A stretch of 63,954 nucleotides of DNA, counting the filler, from Stramenopiles sp. TOSAG23-2 (taxonomy: Eukaryota), in NCBI GenBank assembly GCA_900128395.1. It is 3 parts of 3 records of this genome, joined end to end, with 100 filler letters (N's around TTAATTAATTAA, not from the genome) between each part and the next. Parts side by side here need not be neighbours in the genome. Positions count along the whole stretch, not along the records: positions 43,667 to 63,954 come from LT649560.1; 2 more parts are not named here. One strand, given 5' to 3'. Numbering within the stretch: position 1 is the stretch's first letter; every line of letters starts with the position of its first letter. Positions 47,025 through 59,470 of the stretch are shown in pieces. The translations under genes were made by a program, and so were the position numbers. The notes beneath the pieces are model-generated. The model made no database searches and was not told where the DNA came from. It was given only the letters and a program-made list of their open reading frames with translations.

Positions 47025-47213
47025 ATGGACCTGCAAAGATCTGACTCAATAATTAGAAGTAGTAATGGATATAGAGAATATGTAAATTCACAATCAAATC
47101 TTGAACCATTCGATATTGAGGATGTCTTTGAGGATGATGCTTCAGATATTTTAGATGACTTTGACATAAGTGATGCTTTCGAAGAGACAGGAAATTTTCT
47201 TGACACCTCGAAT

Positions 47214-47248
<35 letters not shown>

Positions 47249-49472
47249 CATAGACCGAAGCTCAAATACTCTTTCCAGGAGCAAAACATCTGCTTCTTCC
47301 TCCTCCTCCTCTTGCTCCCCTTCACCCTCCACATCCAACAAACCATTGCCAAGAATTCATAAAGAAAAAGCAACACGACTGGATAAAACGATAGGACCAT
47401 CAAATTTAACAGAACGAGATGCCTATACGTTTCGGATTGCACTGTTACATGAAAGCAAACTTCGTAATGCTCATGTATGGCAATTATTTTGCAACGATTT
47501 AAAGATTATTGGATTTGTAAAGCACGAAAATAACAAAATTCCATACGAAAAATTGGAATCATTATCCATGACTAGTTTTGTGACAAGTAACAACATTTAT
47601 CGCGACGTCATAGGGCATTTGCCAGGAAAATACGCAGCATTTTTAGCCATATTCCGTTTTATATGTTATGTCTGTTATCGTAATGATGATTGTGCTAACA
47701 ATAATAATTTAACTTCAGGTGGAATACCGATATTGAATGGAAAATGCAGAGAAAATATTGTAAATTTTTTCCGTAAATATATAGTTCCTGTGAAGCCACT
47801 TGAACGAGAAAAAGATATACAAATTGAAGATGTTAGTGATACAAAAAAATTGCGAATAAATTTAAGTGTAGATTTTGAAACAAAAACATGGCGACCAACT
47901 GTTCATTCATCTATGAAATTGCCAGCGATAAATTCTTGCAGAACCATCAATAAAGGTAACGAAAAGCTATTTCAGGATTTACCACAAAGCTCTTATATGC
48001 CAAAAAATAAATATTTTATATTTACGGACTCAAAAATTGTGACAAAGGCAACAGATATTTCAGTAAATACAAATATTTTAGCAGAATATCGATGGAAAAA
48101 TGATGGCAAGAAAAATAAACTCTCTGTAGCATGGATTCGCATTCTTATGATTCGTCAACTTTATCGATCTGCTGAGTTGTGTGCTCTCTTTTCTGCTAAG
48201 CAATTATATGGTATTGGAGACTTATTTGAGCAACAATGTAAGCTTATAAATACATTTATTAAAAATGAACTATATATGAATGTTACAAAGAAAAGAAAAA
48301 GGCTGGATTTAAAATCCACTACAACCCTTAAAAAAAATATAGGACCAAGATTTCAAGGATTAAAATTTAGCTTGGAAAACTTCTTTGGTATTTCTAATAG
48401 CAATGTCACGGGCAACATTGAAAACAACATTAAGATCGAAATAGACAATGAGAAAGAAAATATCACTCCTTTAGAATCTAACTTGACGGGTTGTATTTCA
48501 GACAAACATCTAAATGACAAAGCGGCGACAATTAATACGTTAAAATCTGTTAAACAATATACTACTATACGAAATGAAGTGGTCCCACCTTCGATTTGTA
48601 GATTTATATTTGATTCTGTCTTTTGGGAATGCTTCTTAATTACTTTTCTTTGGTTGGATAGTTCAATACTAACCAACATTTTTGAACAACAGATCAAAGA
48701 TGTAGGGTTTCATAAATTCATTAATAGTGGGTTAGGATATCAATTAGTTCCGTATTTCATTCAAATTATGGCTTTGATTTCGTTCTCCATTTTATCATTT
48801 AATAAATATTATATGGTTTATTACAAGGAACGATTAATTTCTGAATCTACCAACAACAAGTGTTATTATATGATATTGATGCACTCTATTTTTACGATAT
48901 GTTATGCAATATATATTATTCAAACAAGATCCGGGTCTTGTGTACGGTATCCATGTTATTCACACAAATCGTTGAATGGTTCATGTATACCTCTCTCAAG
49001 AAAATTGATTCCATTTTTACCCGCGGAATATTTATCACATTGCTATGCATTTAACACCACAGAGTCTCCTACATTTTGCGGTGTAAAATATTGCAACGAA
49101 GGTTGGAATACCTGTGCCTCAGGTGGTGGAGTCGATAACAAATTTTGGGGTTTTCCGATAGATAGAGTAGAAGAATTTGAAGGAATCAATTCTTTATTAG
49201 GTATTGTAATGCAAGGATCTTGTGAAAATGTGTTTTTCATTTTTACGTTTATCTTTGGATATTTGCGAATTGCTACAAATTCAATATCCACTGTAGAAGC
49301 TTTGAATCGACTTTATTTTTATAAAAATATAAATAGAGATGGAAAAAATACACAAATGCATTTGGAAGGAATTTCGAAGAAAATGTTATTACTGTCTGCC
49401 CTCATTGTTCTTATTTCATGCTATATAAGTATGGGTAATAAATACGAACAAGAATTTGCATCAAGTCCATGA
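47025..49472 (+). CDS. Hypothetical protein with C-terminal TM segments and Cys-rich loop
   Basis: Long ORF with likely ATG at 47025 (MDLQRSDS). About five hydrophobic segments flank a Cys-rich loop. Confidence 0.7.
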
Positions 49473-49985
49473 ATAAATTTTTCGTATAAGTTGTATGAGA
49501 GTCTATATTTATAAGTTGTCGTCTGCTGTAACTGCGTGTTCGCGTTATATATAATATGCTGTAAATTATAACCTTAAATAGAAGTGACGGAAACATACAG
49601 TACGTATTATTGAACAACTGATATTGGGAGAGATTTTTTTGCCAGATGATTTAGATTTAGAAATAGAACGAAAAGGTGATAGTTCTGTTATAAATGTACA
49701 CCGTTATAACATGTACACACAATGTAATTCTATATTTTGAAAAAGAATCCGAGAATCCTTAAAACGAATTTTGGCCCTAAAAAGCTACAGAGGAATATCA
49801 TTACAAAGATTGAATTTTTAGGGCACATTGATGCTAATAAAATATACGCATTAATGCTCCACTCTAATTTTCAAACTACCTCGAAAGCTGCGAAAGACTT
49901 TTATCAAATTAAAATTAAATTTAGGCTTTTTACGACTTTGTAACAATATTTTAGAAGCGTAAACATACTTTATACACAATATATA

Positions 49986-50017
<32 letters not shown>

Positions 50018-50025
50018 TATAATAT

Positions 50026-51834
50026 TTAACAACTAACCAGATCTGTACTCATCATTTCGTACCATGATGTACCGTCTTCACAAGTACATTGACCATTAGA
50101 ATATACTGGCTTACAACCACATTTTCCCGTAGTGGTAGAACAACATTCTCCGCTTCTATCGTTGCGACTTGTTCCAGTCGGGCATGGAGGTCGATAAAAT
50201 TCATTTTCGCCAAATTGTTTTCGTTTAAAACATTTGTAATCTAAACAATCGTGTGCACGTTCAATGCGTTCAATCCTAGATACAAATCGGTTTATGTTAT
50301 CTGTCCCACCAGCAACATATATAATATCTTCATATGCGGCCCCCGCATGTTCCGAATGACCTTGTGGCACATAGTCAAATTGCCATTCAGTACCATCATA
50401 AAAATCTATTCGCTGTGAATGTTTTGCTTGGCCTTCATAAATCCATCTATTAAAACCACCGAACGTTATACCTCCTACAAAAATTACCGTCTCTAAGCCA
50501 GTATTTGGATTTTTCAAAACACCTGACACCATGCCTTGCCTGGGTTGGCTTATGCGGGTATGATCAAAGGCATCGGTTTCTAAATCCAATATGTCAACTA
50601 CATCTGAATTTTGACTTACTTCTAAGCCACCAGCAAAATATACCTTACCACTACTCATGTATTCTGCTGAGCAATGGCTTCGAGGAACTGATAGTTTTTT
50701 AACAGTCCAAGTGTTTGTTTGCACATCGTATATGTCAATAGTATCATCGACTAATGTTGGATTGGTAAACTGATAAAATCCACCTGTCGACCCACCTGCA
50801 AAAAAGATTTTACCCCATCCTTTAGTGCCCCTAGCTGCTGTGACACACATATTTGCACGATAATTTGATAATTCATGTGGTGGTCGCTGCACGCCGTACC
50901 GTGGTGGGGTATTATCCTCCACCCAGCTTTCCCATGTATCTGTTTCCAAGTCATAAACTTCAACACTATTTGAATATTCTACCTGTTCGAAACTACCTCT
51001 GGTACCACCAGCAACATATAACTTGTTCTCAAATATAATAGCAGAAGCATGGCCACGTGCTTCTACCATATTTGTAGTACTCCAAGCATTTGTAAGCGAA
51101 TCGTATATATCAACTACTGTGCTATAGAATGGATCTACATCATTTGGGGCAACTGAGGAGTGCTCCTGGTTGCTTACAGTTGTATAGTATCCCCCAACAA
51201 ACACAGCTTTTTTCAGGCTACAGCCGTCTACAGTGTTACCAACGCCTTGAATGCATGAAGATGCTACTGCTATCCCAGTTCTACTTTGTGAAAGTGTAGC
51301 GGTTGAAAATGTTTGAGTTGTAGTATCATATATATCTACCACATTGGATTCGTCACCTGGATATGGACCCATTAAGCCACCAGCCCATAATATTAAAGTG
51401 TCTAAATTAATTGATACCAATCCTTTCCTTTTTTGAGAAAGTGTTGTTGTGGTAGGTTTAAGAAATAAAGGAATGTAAGTCCCTTCGGTTCCTTCGCCTA
51501 CGTTTTCACCGTATAAGTTATAATCGTTTCCATTGTTTACAGCATCTTTGTATTGCTCCAAGGACCACGCCGTTGAATTATTGAAAGGGTAAAGACGGCG
51601 AGATATACGCGAGTAATCTAGCTGTTCCAATGGGCGATATGAACGATCATATAAATCCTCTTCCCTTATGTCAAATAAACCTGTACAAAGTCCTGATGAA
51701 CAATCTGTGTTATATTGACAAGGGGTGCCGTCAACATCACAAGTACTTTCACCATACTCCAAGGTATGTTTATCAGTATGTGTGGCAGAAATTATTTGGA
51801 CACTGAAACATAACAATAATAGAAATAAAAACAT
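50026..51834 (-). CDS. Secreted Kelch-repeat beta-propeller protein with Cys-rich ends
   Basis: Signal peptide MFLFLLLLCFSVQIISA and repeated FAGG...VDIYD...W Kelch units. Confidence 0.85.
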   Translation of the reverse strand: MFLFLLLLCFSVQIISATHTDKHTLEYGESTCDVDGTPCQYNTDCSSGLCTGLFDIREEDLYDRSYRPLEQLDYSRISRRLYPFNNSTAWSLEQYKDAVNNGNDYNLYGENVGEGTEGTYIPLFLKPTTTTLSQKRKGLVSINLDTLILWAGGLMGPYPGDESNVVDIYDTTTQTFSTATLSQSRTGIAVASSCIQGVGNTVDGCSLKKAVFVGGYYTTVSNQEHSSVAPNDVDPFYSTVVDIYDSLTNAWSTTNMVEARGHASAIIFENKLYVAGGTRGSFEQVEYSNSVEVYDLETDTWESWVEDNTPPRYGVQRPPHELSNYRANMCVTAARGTKGWGKIFFAGGSTGGFYQFTNPTLVDDTIDIYDVQTNTWTVKKLSVPRSHCSAEYMSSGKVYFAGGLEVSQNSDVVDILDLETDAFDHTRISQPRQGMVSGVLKNPNTGLETVIFVGGITFGGFNRWIYEGQAKHSQRIDFYDGTEWQFDYVPQGHSEHAGAAYEDIIYVAGGTDNINRFVSRIERIERAHDCLDYKCFKRKQFGENEFYRPPCPTGTSRNDRSGECCSTTTGKCGCKPVYSNGQCTCEDGTSWYEMMSTDLVSC

Positions 51835-52320
51835 TGTAAATTGAAAATATGTTGCAAATATGCGAGTGAAAAATGTTATATACATATTGTTGAATAGTTC
51901 TTTTAGGCTTTAGTGCTTTTACATTATGTCCTCTATGTAAATGTGAATTGCTAAAGCAGTGTTCTTTGAGTTATTTATATATAGTATATATATATACAGA
52001 TAATAGTACTATTATTATTATAGTAGTAGTATAATACCAGGTAGTATTATAAAAAGTGCTTTTGCTATATAATAAAAGGCTATTGGCTATTGTTAAAAAA
52101 AAAAAATACCAACGGCTGATCCAATCACGATACCTGGTATAGCTGGATAGCTAAAGAGCTAGATTCTAGATCTACCTCTACTCTGCACGTCTGCACGTAG
52201 TCTATGATATAATATATTATGCCAGGCACACCACTACACAAACACACAACACACAAACAGCCTTTTTTTTTTCGGCAGCTCCCTGGCCCAGCTGGGAGCT
52301 CGGCAGCTACCTGATAAACG

Positions 52321-52557
52321 ATGGCACTATGCTTGATTGTTTTTTTTTTTTACAAGATGCGTATTTTCGGATATTATCAGATTAAATAATTTAATTTTTC
52401 ACGTTATTTGTCGTTTTCGTCATTTAAATAGTAATATATATAGTTTTGAAAAGATATTTTTCACTCAAAATTTTACTAAAATCAGTGATGACATTTTTGG
52501 AATTTAGATGTCGATATTTTTTCGATCTGAAAAAAAAAGTCTCAAGCATAGTGCCAT
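52321..52557. mobile_element. MITE-like element with 16-bp perfect inverted ends
   Basis: ATGGCACTATGCTTGA (52321-52336) and TCAAGCATAGTGCCAT (52542-52557), with inner poly-T and poly-A extensions. No TSD seen. Confidence 0.5.
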
Positions 52558-52899
52558 TCATTTCCTGAGTATATACAGTATGGCAGCGACAGCTGCCATA
52601 CTGTATATGCGAATAGCATAGCGGGGTTTCCTGAGTAGCCGGCAGCATCTATTATTGCTATTTTCTTATTATTTATTAATAATTATTTGCACATTTTTTT
52701 AATAATAATATATAATAGTGCAATAATAAATGATGCACAATTATATATATACCACATTATTATTATTAATAATATTACACAGATGATATATCAATCATTA
52801 TTATTAATATTAGAAAATAAGAATAACTCTTCATTTATTTATTATACATCACGACTGTGAACCTCCAAACCAACGTCAACACCGTAGAATCGAAATAAA

Positions 52900-54477
52900 A
52901 TGAACGAGGATAATCAAACGGATTATGCATTGCTTCCACCAGACGGGGATGGGGAAAGAAGTCATAGTAACAATAACGAAGATGATTTAGAAAGTCCTTT
53001 AGTTGGTGGCAGTAAAATACCTTTAAAAGAAAGTTATCCAGAAGTCATGCTTGTTGCTTTAGCAGCATTTTCAGCATATGCAGCTTTTGTTGTATTGCAG
53101 CATAAACTTGCAGATGAGTTTTTTAAGGATACCGTTTTAACAAAAGATGCCTTAGAAGTAGCAAAAAGAGAATTTCAACATGGTAAGTAACATATTATTA
53201 CTGATTATATAGGCAAAAACTTGTGTGTTTTTCAACTACATTCAAAGATAATAATAATTTGATAATAAATAATACATATATATATATTATATATATATAT
53301 GTACATACATACATACTAACAATTTTGCGATTTTATCATATACATACATATATATATAAATACATAGCATGTTCATTTAATTACATTGGTAATATGGTTT
53401 TTCGTATTGGGCACAACTTTGTATTGGGATGCCTTTCACCAAGACAAAGAGTTTATTTTGCATTAGGAGCTATTGGAACTGCTATGAGTATTATTACATT
53501 TCTAGTTATTATATTTCAATATCATTGGATAGGATTTATTTATATGGCATATTTTCTGGGTGGATGTGGTATTGGTACCATATCACCAAATTTATTATCC
53601 TGTATTACACCACTTGGTCATGATACAAAAGTATGGGCGATATCCGGTATGCCAGTAGGATTTAATCTGATCTCCATTGGTGGTTTTGCAGCGTAAGTAT
53701 ATCTCTATATATCGTTGTTTTTGTTATTAAATGATCATCATCATCGCTCTAACTTCGATCCTCATTTTTGCTATTTGTAGGCAAGCATTAGGCGCGCCGT
53801 TGATCTCATTATATATTTTTGTATGTGCTCTAATTTTCCTTGCCGGCTTTATTTTCTTTACACGTGTGCCTCACATACCGATGAAAAATAATTCCGTGAC
53901 AGTAACTGATTTCATAACGAATTTGAAAAAATGGAATGAGTGGTTCCCAAAAATAAAGTTTAATGGTTTGGCGCTAATGATTGATATGTACTGCGTGTCG
54001 TTTTTCAGTGCAGCATTGTTATATATTTATAATGATAGTCGACCAGGAGTTGGACAAGTTCCTTTATTTGGGGAAGGTACCTATTTGGTGTCTCATGATT
54101 GGTTTTTTGCAATTACAAATTGCTTAACATTTGCTGGGGATACTGTATCAAGGAAATACGCCTATTGGGCAAAACCACGTTCTCCATTGTTATACCTTTT
54201 GCTTTCTATTATTGGCGCCGCTGCATGTTTATCAAAAATTGCAATATTAGCACCGCTTGGAATGTTTTGTGTTTTCTTTGCAAATGGGGCTATTTATGGA
54301 ACGAGCACACGATATATTGACAACGCCGTAGATAAGCGATATAATTTAATTGCTTTAAGTATTTGGTTATTTATTGGTGATTTAGGAAGTGTAACAGGTA
54401 GTAATACATATGAATACATTATTGCTGGATTATGTACGAACCATGGAAAACATATATGTGTCCATAAAACTGCATGA
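52900..54477 (+). CDS. CLN3/battenin-like MFS-type membrane protein; introns 53183-53367 and 53693-53780
   Basis: Both introns are GTAAGT...CTAAC...TAG and join ORFs 52900, 53223 and 53731 in frame. About 11 TM segments. The family call comes from recalled similarity. Confidence 0.75.
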
Positions 54478-55005
54478 TTATTTTTTTAATACCCATGTAA
54501 AAAGATATATTCGTATATAAAAAAAGTCAAACTAATATACCATGCACGTCGTACTTTTTACGAACTTGTTATAGACACAAGTGTAAGATAATATTATATA
54601 TATGAGATATATTATATTTAATGAGAATCGTGGTATGAATGTATGATATGATACGAAGTATCATGTATTATATATATTATATATTGTATATATATATATA
54701 CGAAGTATAATGTATCATATACGTATCATATGATATGATACGTTACACATGTGGTTATATGATATCATAATTTTAAATATGAACAGTGCATATATATTTA
54801 AAATAAAATATTTATTTTATTATATAAATATGATATGGTATGCATAAGATAATACATTTTTATATTTTATAAAATAATATTTCTATATTACAATATATAT
54901 ATCGTACTCGAGTATACGTCGTGTTACAAAAGAGGAAAAATTAAAAAAATATATATTTTATACAAATATAATCATGTATACAATTAATTATGGGATATAC
55001 GTAAT

Positions 55006-55323
55006 TTATTTTAAATTCTTACTCTCAGCTTGAACTTGAGCTAATTGTTGTTTTTGTTCTTGTGACAGTCCATCCCATTCATCTTTAGTTAAATGTCTTC
55101 CAAAAGTAATTTTACTCTGATCATCACTTTCAATCGTTTTCTGCGTATCCAATGTCCCTGCATATTGCTCCCATTGCTCCATAAATTGCTTTACAAATTC
55201 TGGTGAAGCTTCTTTATGTTGTCGAAATTCTTCTTTTACATATTTATCTCCCATCTCCTTCATTTGAAATGGTAATTTTTGCCTATGAAGCCTTAATATT
55301 CTTCTGTATAAATTCAAGGCCAT
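55006..55323 (-). CDS. SDHAF3: Succinate dehydrogenase assembly factor 3 (ACN9, LYR family)
   Basis: LYRRILRLHR...MGDKYVKEEFRQHK...FMEQWEQY. Confidence 0.88.
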   Translation of the reverse strand: MALNLYRRILRLHRQKLPFQMKEMGDKYVKEEFRQHKEASPEFVKQFMEQWEQYAGTLDTQKTIESDDQSKITFGRHLTKDEWDGLSQEQKQQLAQVQAESKNLK

Positions 55324-56154
55324 GTTTTTCACCCCTATATATTTTGATGATGATAATTTTTATATATTTATCTTTGTTTACACTGATTGAATACTTTCTA
55401 AATATGTATATGTATATAGATAGATGGATGTAACGATATCTAAAAAAATATACCTTATCTATATCCGTTTGTTTTAATAATTGTATTGTATTAAATATAT
55501 ATATACGAACACAATACTTACACACACTTCTGCATGCCGGGCATGCAATATGATCTTCTATTTTATCTAAATTGTTTTGATGTTCGTTCGATGATGATTC
55601 GATGATCGCTCGGGCGCTCCTATGATCTACTATTTCCTATTTCAACTTTTATCATTTCCCTTAAATTAAAAACACCCACAATGAATTAGAAGAAACATAG
55701 AAAACATATACTTATTAGTATATGTATATGAATAGACGACTAACGACTAGCATACGGTTTTCGGTTTTCGGAGAAAGTTTTTTTGAAAACCGTATACTAA
55801 CAGCAGTGTATACCATTGTGTATATATTGTACTACATAGCGAGCTAGCTAGTCGCTAGACTACCACCGCGTCAGTATGTCACACAGTGCCTAATTCAATA
55901 ATAGTATAATAGTCCAGTACCGGTATCAATATTTATTTTCAAATTATTAATAATAATAATAATAAATGTACTACAATTAAACAAGTGGATGTAGACAACA
56001 TGTACAATATATAATAGACACCTACATAGATAGCTACATACGATTCTTCTCAATTGAAAATAGAAATCAATATATTATTACTGCTATTGTTACATTTTCC
56101 CTTTTTTTTTCTCTTTTTTATTATTGTATACGGTTGTTGTTATTCTTGTTACAC

Positions 56155-57417
56155 ATGACATCTATCATACCAAAGACGGATAGATTATTATCAGCAGATG
56201 AAATTGTTTCAAAATATGGAATTAATTTAAAAAAAGAAAAGAAACAAATTACTATATTAAATATTTCGAAATGTTCTGTGCTAGAGCTAAAGGAAGAGTT
56301 AGAAAGGCGTGGTGTTTACGATGAAGAGGATGAAAAGATATGGAAAAAATTTAAAGATTTAGAAACGAAAATGTGGGTCGAAGGATATCAAAAAGAAAAA
56401 GAAGATATTGCAAAGGAGAAGGAGGAGGAGGAAGAAGCTAGTAATAATAATAACAACGAAAAAGATGAAAAACCAACAACGGAAAAGAAAATGATCACAG
56501 AAGAAGAAAAAGCTGTTGAAATTGGGAAGAGATTGACTAAACCATTTGCATTGACATTTCAAGAAATTGAGGGATGGTCCATGTACGAATTGAGACAACA
56601 AATGGATCAAAGAAAATTGTTGGAAGAAAAAGAATGGGAAAATGCGTATAAATTATTTGAAGAAATGCTTGCAAAAGTTATACGTGAATTATTGAAAGGA
56701 GATGGTGACAATAATACTAATAAGGACAAGAAGGAGAAGAAAGAAAAGCAAAAGCAACAAGAAGAAATGTCACCAAAAAATTTAAGCGATGAGTGGATAT
56801 CTGATCGTATTAAAGAAGATACAAGTAAAGTTGGGGATGAGGATGATGAAAAAAAAAAGCAAGTAGTAAAAGATGAATTGATTGATAAAGAAACACAAAA
56901 ACATTTACTTGCTGGGCAACCAGTAGGTGCTAATTTAAAACGCAATACGAATGTTAATATCAATGAACTTGGTAAAAATGAAATACCAAATATTGAAGAT
57001 ATTACTGTGAAAAATGCACCGAAATTGAATATATATCAAATTCGAAAAGTACTTGAACGAAATGATTTATTTGAGGAATATAAATCTGGTAAAAAAAAAA
57101 TTAGTTTCGAAGCATGTTTGCGTTCATTAGTATCTTATATTGTTGATAAACGTGAAAAGGAAAATATTGTTTATGCATCCACATTGGAACCAGAAATTGA
57201 TTTAAAAGCACGATTACAAAAGGAAAAAGCGGAAAGAAAAGCAAAGGCAATTGAACGTAGTAGATTAAGACAAATTGCTCGAAAAGAAGCAGAAGCAAAA
57301 GCAAAAGCTGAAGAGGAACAAGCAAATACAGCTGCAGCAAATAATGATACCACTGTTAAAAGCAATGATAATAATAGTGGTGGTGGTGGTGGTGGTGATG
57401 ATGAAGAAAAGAATTGA
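56155..57417 (+). CDS. Charged protein with SAP/HeH-like helical motifs
   Basis: SKCSVLELKEELERRG, EGWSMYELRQQMDQR and PKLNIYQIRKVLERN, plus a C-terminal coiled coil. Confidence 0.65.
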   Translation: MTSIIPKTDRLLSADEIVSKYGINLKKEKKQITILNISKCSVLELKEELERRGVYDEEDEKIWKKFKDLETKMWVEGYQKEKEDIAKEKEEEEEASNNNNNEKDEKPTTEKKMITEEEKAVEIGKRLTKPFALTFQEIEGWSMYELRQQMDQRKLLEEKEWENAYKLFEEMLAKVIRELLKGDGDNNTNKDKKEKKEKQKQQEEMSPKNLSDEWISDRIKEDTSKVGDEDDEKKKQVVKDELIDKETQKHLLAGQPVGANLKRNTNVNINELGKNEIPNIEDITVKNAPKLNIYQIRKVLERNDLFEEYKSGKKKISFEACLRSLVSYIVDKREKENIVYASTLEPEIDLKARLQKEKAERKAKAIERSRLRQIARKEAEAKAKAEEEQANTAAANNDTTVKSNDNNSGGGGGGDDEEKN

Positions 57418-58116
57418 TGAGTGTCTCGTATATTATATATTTTATATAACTTCGTGTATAATTATGTATTTTTAAATATCGATAATACGTACGAACGTAC
57501 ACTCTGTAGGACAAAACTTTTGTTGTGCGTAGATTTTTATATCTAGGAGGCGTATCCGGGTCATAAAATACTAAAATATCATCCTGGCATACGATAATAA
57601 ATAAATTTACACCACCATTTTATATTTTTTTTTAATAATACCTGGTAAAGAAGAATATCGTATGATGATATTTCTCTTACGTAGTTATAGTATTTTAAGT
57701 GTTCAATTTTTTATTGATTTAAATTTTAAAATATATATTATATACTGTATATATATATAAATATTCTTCTCAAAGCACCAAATGCACAAAAAACTACTAT
57801 TAATAATTTAATATAGTAAAAGAACTCGGAAATATACAACGAGAAAGAGTCTGACGACGCAGACTAGTGGAAATATATATTTTTGAAAATTAATACATTA
57901 CGAAGGTAATATATATATATAATTATACAAATATTTGTATATTCTACTAATCTGGTAATATACTTGTTTAGGTAATTTTTTATATAAATGTACCAAAAAA
58001 AAAAATGAAACAACCTGAATTAATTGTTTTTGATATTATACAAATATTTGTATATTCTACTAATCTGGTAATATACTTGTTTAGGTAATTTTTTATATAA
58101 ATGTACCAAAAAAAAA

Positions 58117-58716
58117 ATGAAACAACCTGAATTAATTGTTTTTGATTGTGATATGTGTTTATGGTCTCCAGAGATGTATGAATTGAGGGAAACACCAACT
58201 CAACCAGTTATAGGTAATTTAAATGGACGTGGTGAAGGAGTTATGGGTGTTAAATCTGGATCTGAGGTGGTTAAATTATTTCCTGGTGCTTTGCAAGCAT
58301 TACAAGATTATGCAGATGGTAAATTTCCTAATTCAAAGATTGCTGCTGCTTCTAGCGCTGATAACAGCAGAGCTGTAGCTTGTGCGCACGCGTCCATGTC
58401 AAAGTTGGAAATTCTGCCTGGTTTAACAATGAAGGAACTATTTGCTAGAGGATTCGACACAGGCTTTACAGGCAATATTCAAATAGGAAGATCAGGTAAA
58501 TTGTCTTCAAATAAAAAAACACACTTTAATGAAATACAAAAGGCTACTGGTATAGACTATGATAAGATGGTTTTCTTTGATGATTGTAATTGGGGAGATA
58601 ATTGTGCGGTTGTTGGTAGCTTAGGAGTCATAACACAAAAGACGCCAAATGGATTAACATATAATGAATTTATGAATTGTTTATCAAATTATGATAATAT
58701 ACAATCGAAACAATAA
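58117..58716 (+). CDS. MDP1: Magnesium-dependent phosphatase 1 (HAD IIIC)
   Basis: Motifs PELIVFDCDMCLW, AAASS, KKTHF and MVFFDD. Confidence 0.85.
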   Translation: MKQPELIVFDCDMCLWSPEMYELRETPTQPVIGNLNGRGEGVMGVKSGSEVVKLFPGALQALQDYADGKFPNSKIAAASSADNSRAVACAHASMSKLEILPGLTMKELFARGFDTGFTGNIQIGRSGKLSSNKKTHFNEIQKATGIDYDKMVFFDDCNWGDNCAVVGSLGVITQKTPNGLTYNEFMNCLSNYDNIQSKQ

Positions 58717-59470
58717 AATTTAATATATATATATATACAAGAAACAAGAACAATATTATAATAATACTAATATTGTATTTAATTATCATTTATGAATTGT
58801 TTATCAAATTATGATAATATACAATCGAAACAATAAAATTTAATATATATATATATACAAGAAACAAGAACAATATTATAATAATACTAATATTGTATTT
58901 AATTATCATAATTCTTCTTCTCGATACTGTCAATATTTGGCTATCTCTCCATTTAAATACACACACCTCACATCAATATTTTGTTGAAATTTTTTATTTT
59001 TTGGATAGTGAGGATATATTTTTTTTATATTTGATGATGTATCAGTACGTATTTATTTTTATAAAAAAATAAATATTCGTTGCACATTTTAGACAGAGTG
59101 TGGGTACATTTTGCATTAGAGCTGTTACAAGATATTAGTAATGCATAGGACTGACTAATATTTCTGAGATAGAGTATCCATCCCGTGGTAAATACTGCAT
59201 TCAGTATTTACCGCAAGGGAAGTAAAATTTATTTTATTAAAATACTTTTAAGATTTTAACTACATCACATATTATACAACTTTTGTAAAAAAATACATTA
59301 TACGTGTCGGTATCCGTATTACGAACTCGTATTTATATCATTAGCATACCCCTCTTAAATTATTTACAACTCTAAATTCTGAAGAATATTAATTTTTTTA
59401 TTTTCAATTAATGTTTGTAAACCACTGATCAAATCAATTACAGAATTTGTTGATACCCCTCTTAAATTAT

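Noticed and set aside
55335-55521. Intron extending the SDHAF3 N-terminus
   Set aside because: A plausible GTAAGT...TAG pair exists, but the nearest upstream ATGs splice out of frame, so it is at most a 5'-UTR intron.
55752-55795. 11-bp inverted repeat ATACGGTTTTC/GAAAACCGTAT
   Set aside because: Short, single occurrence with no supporting context.
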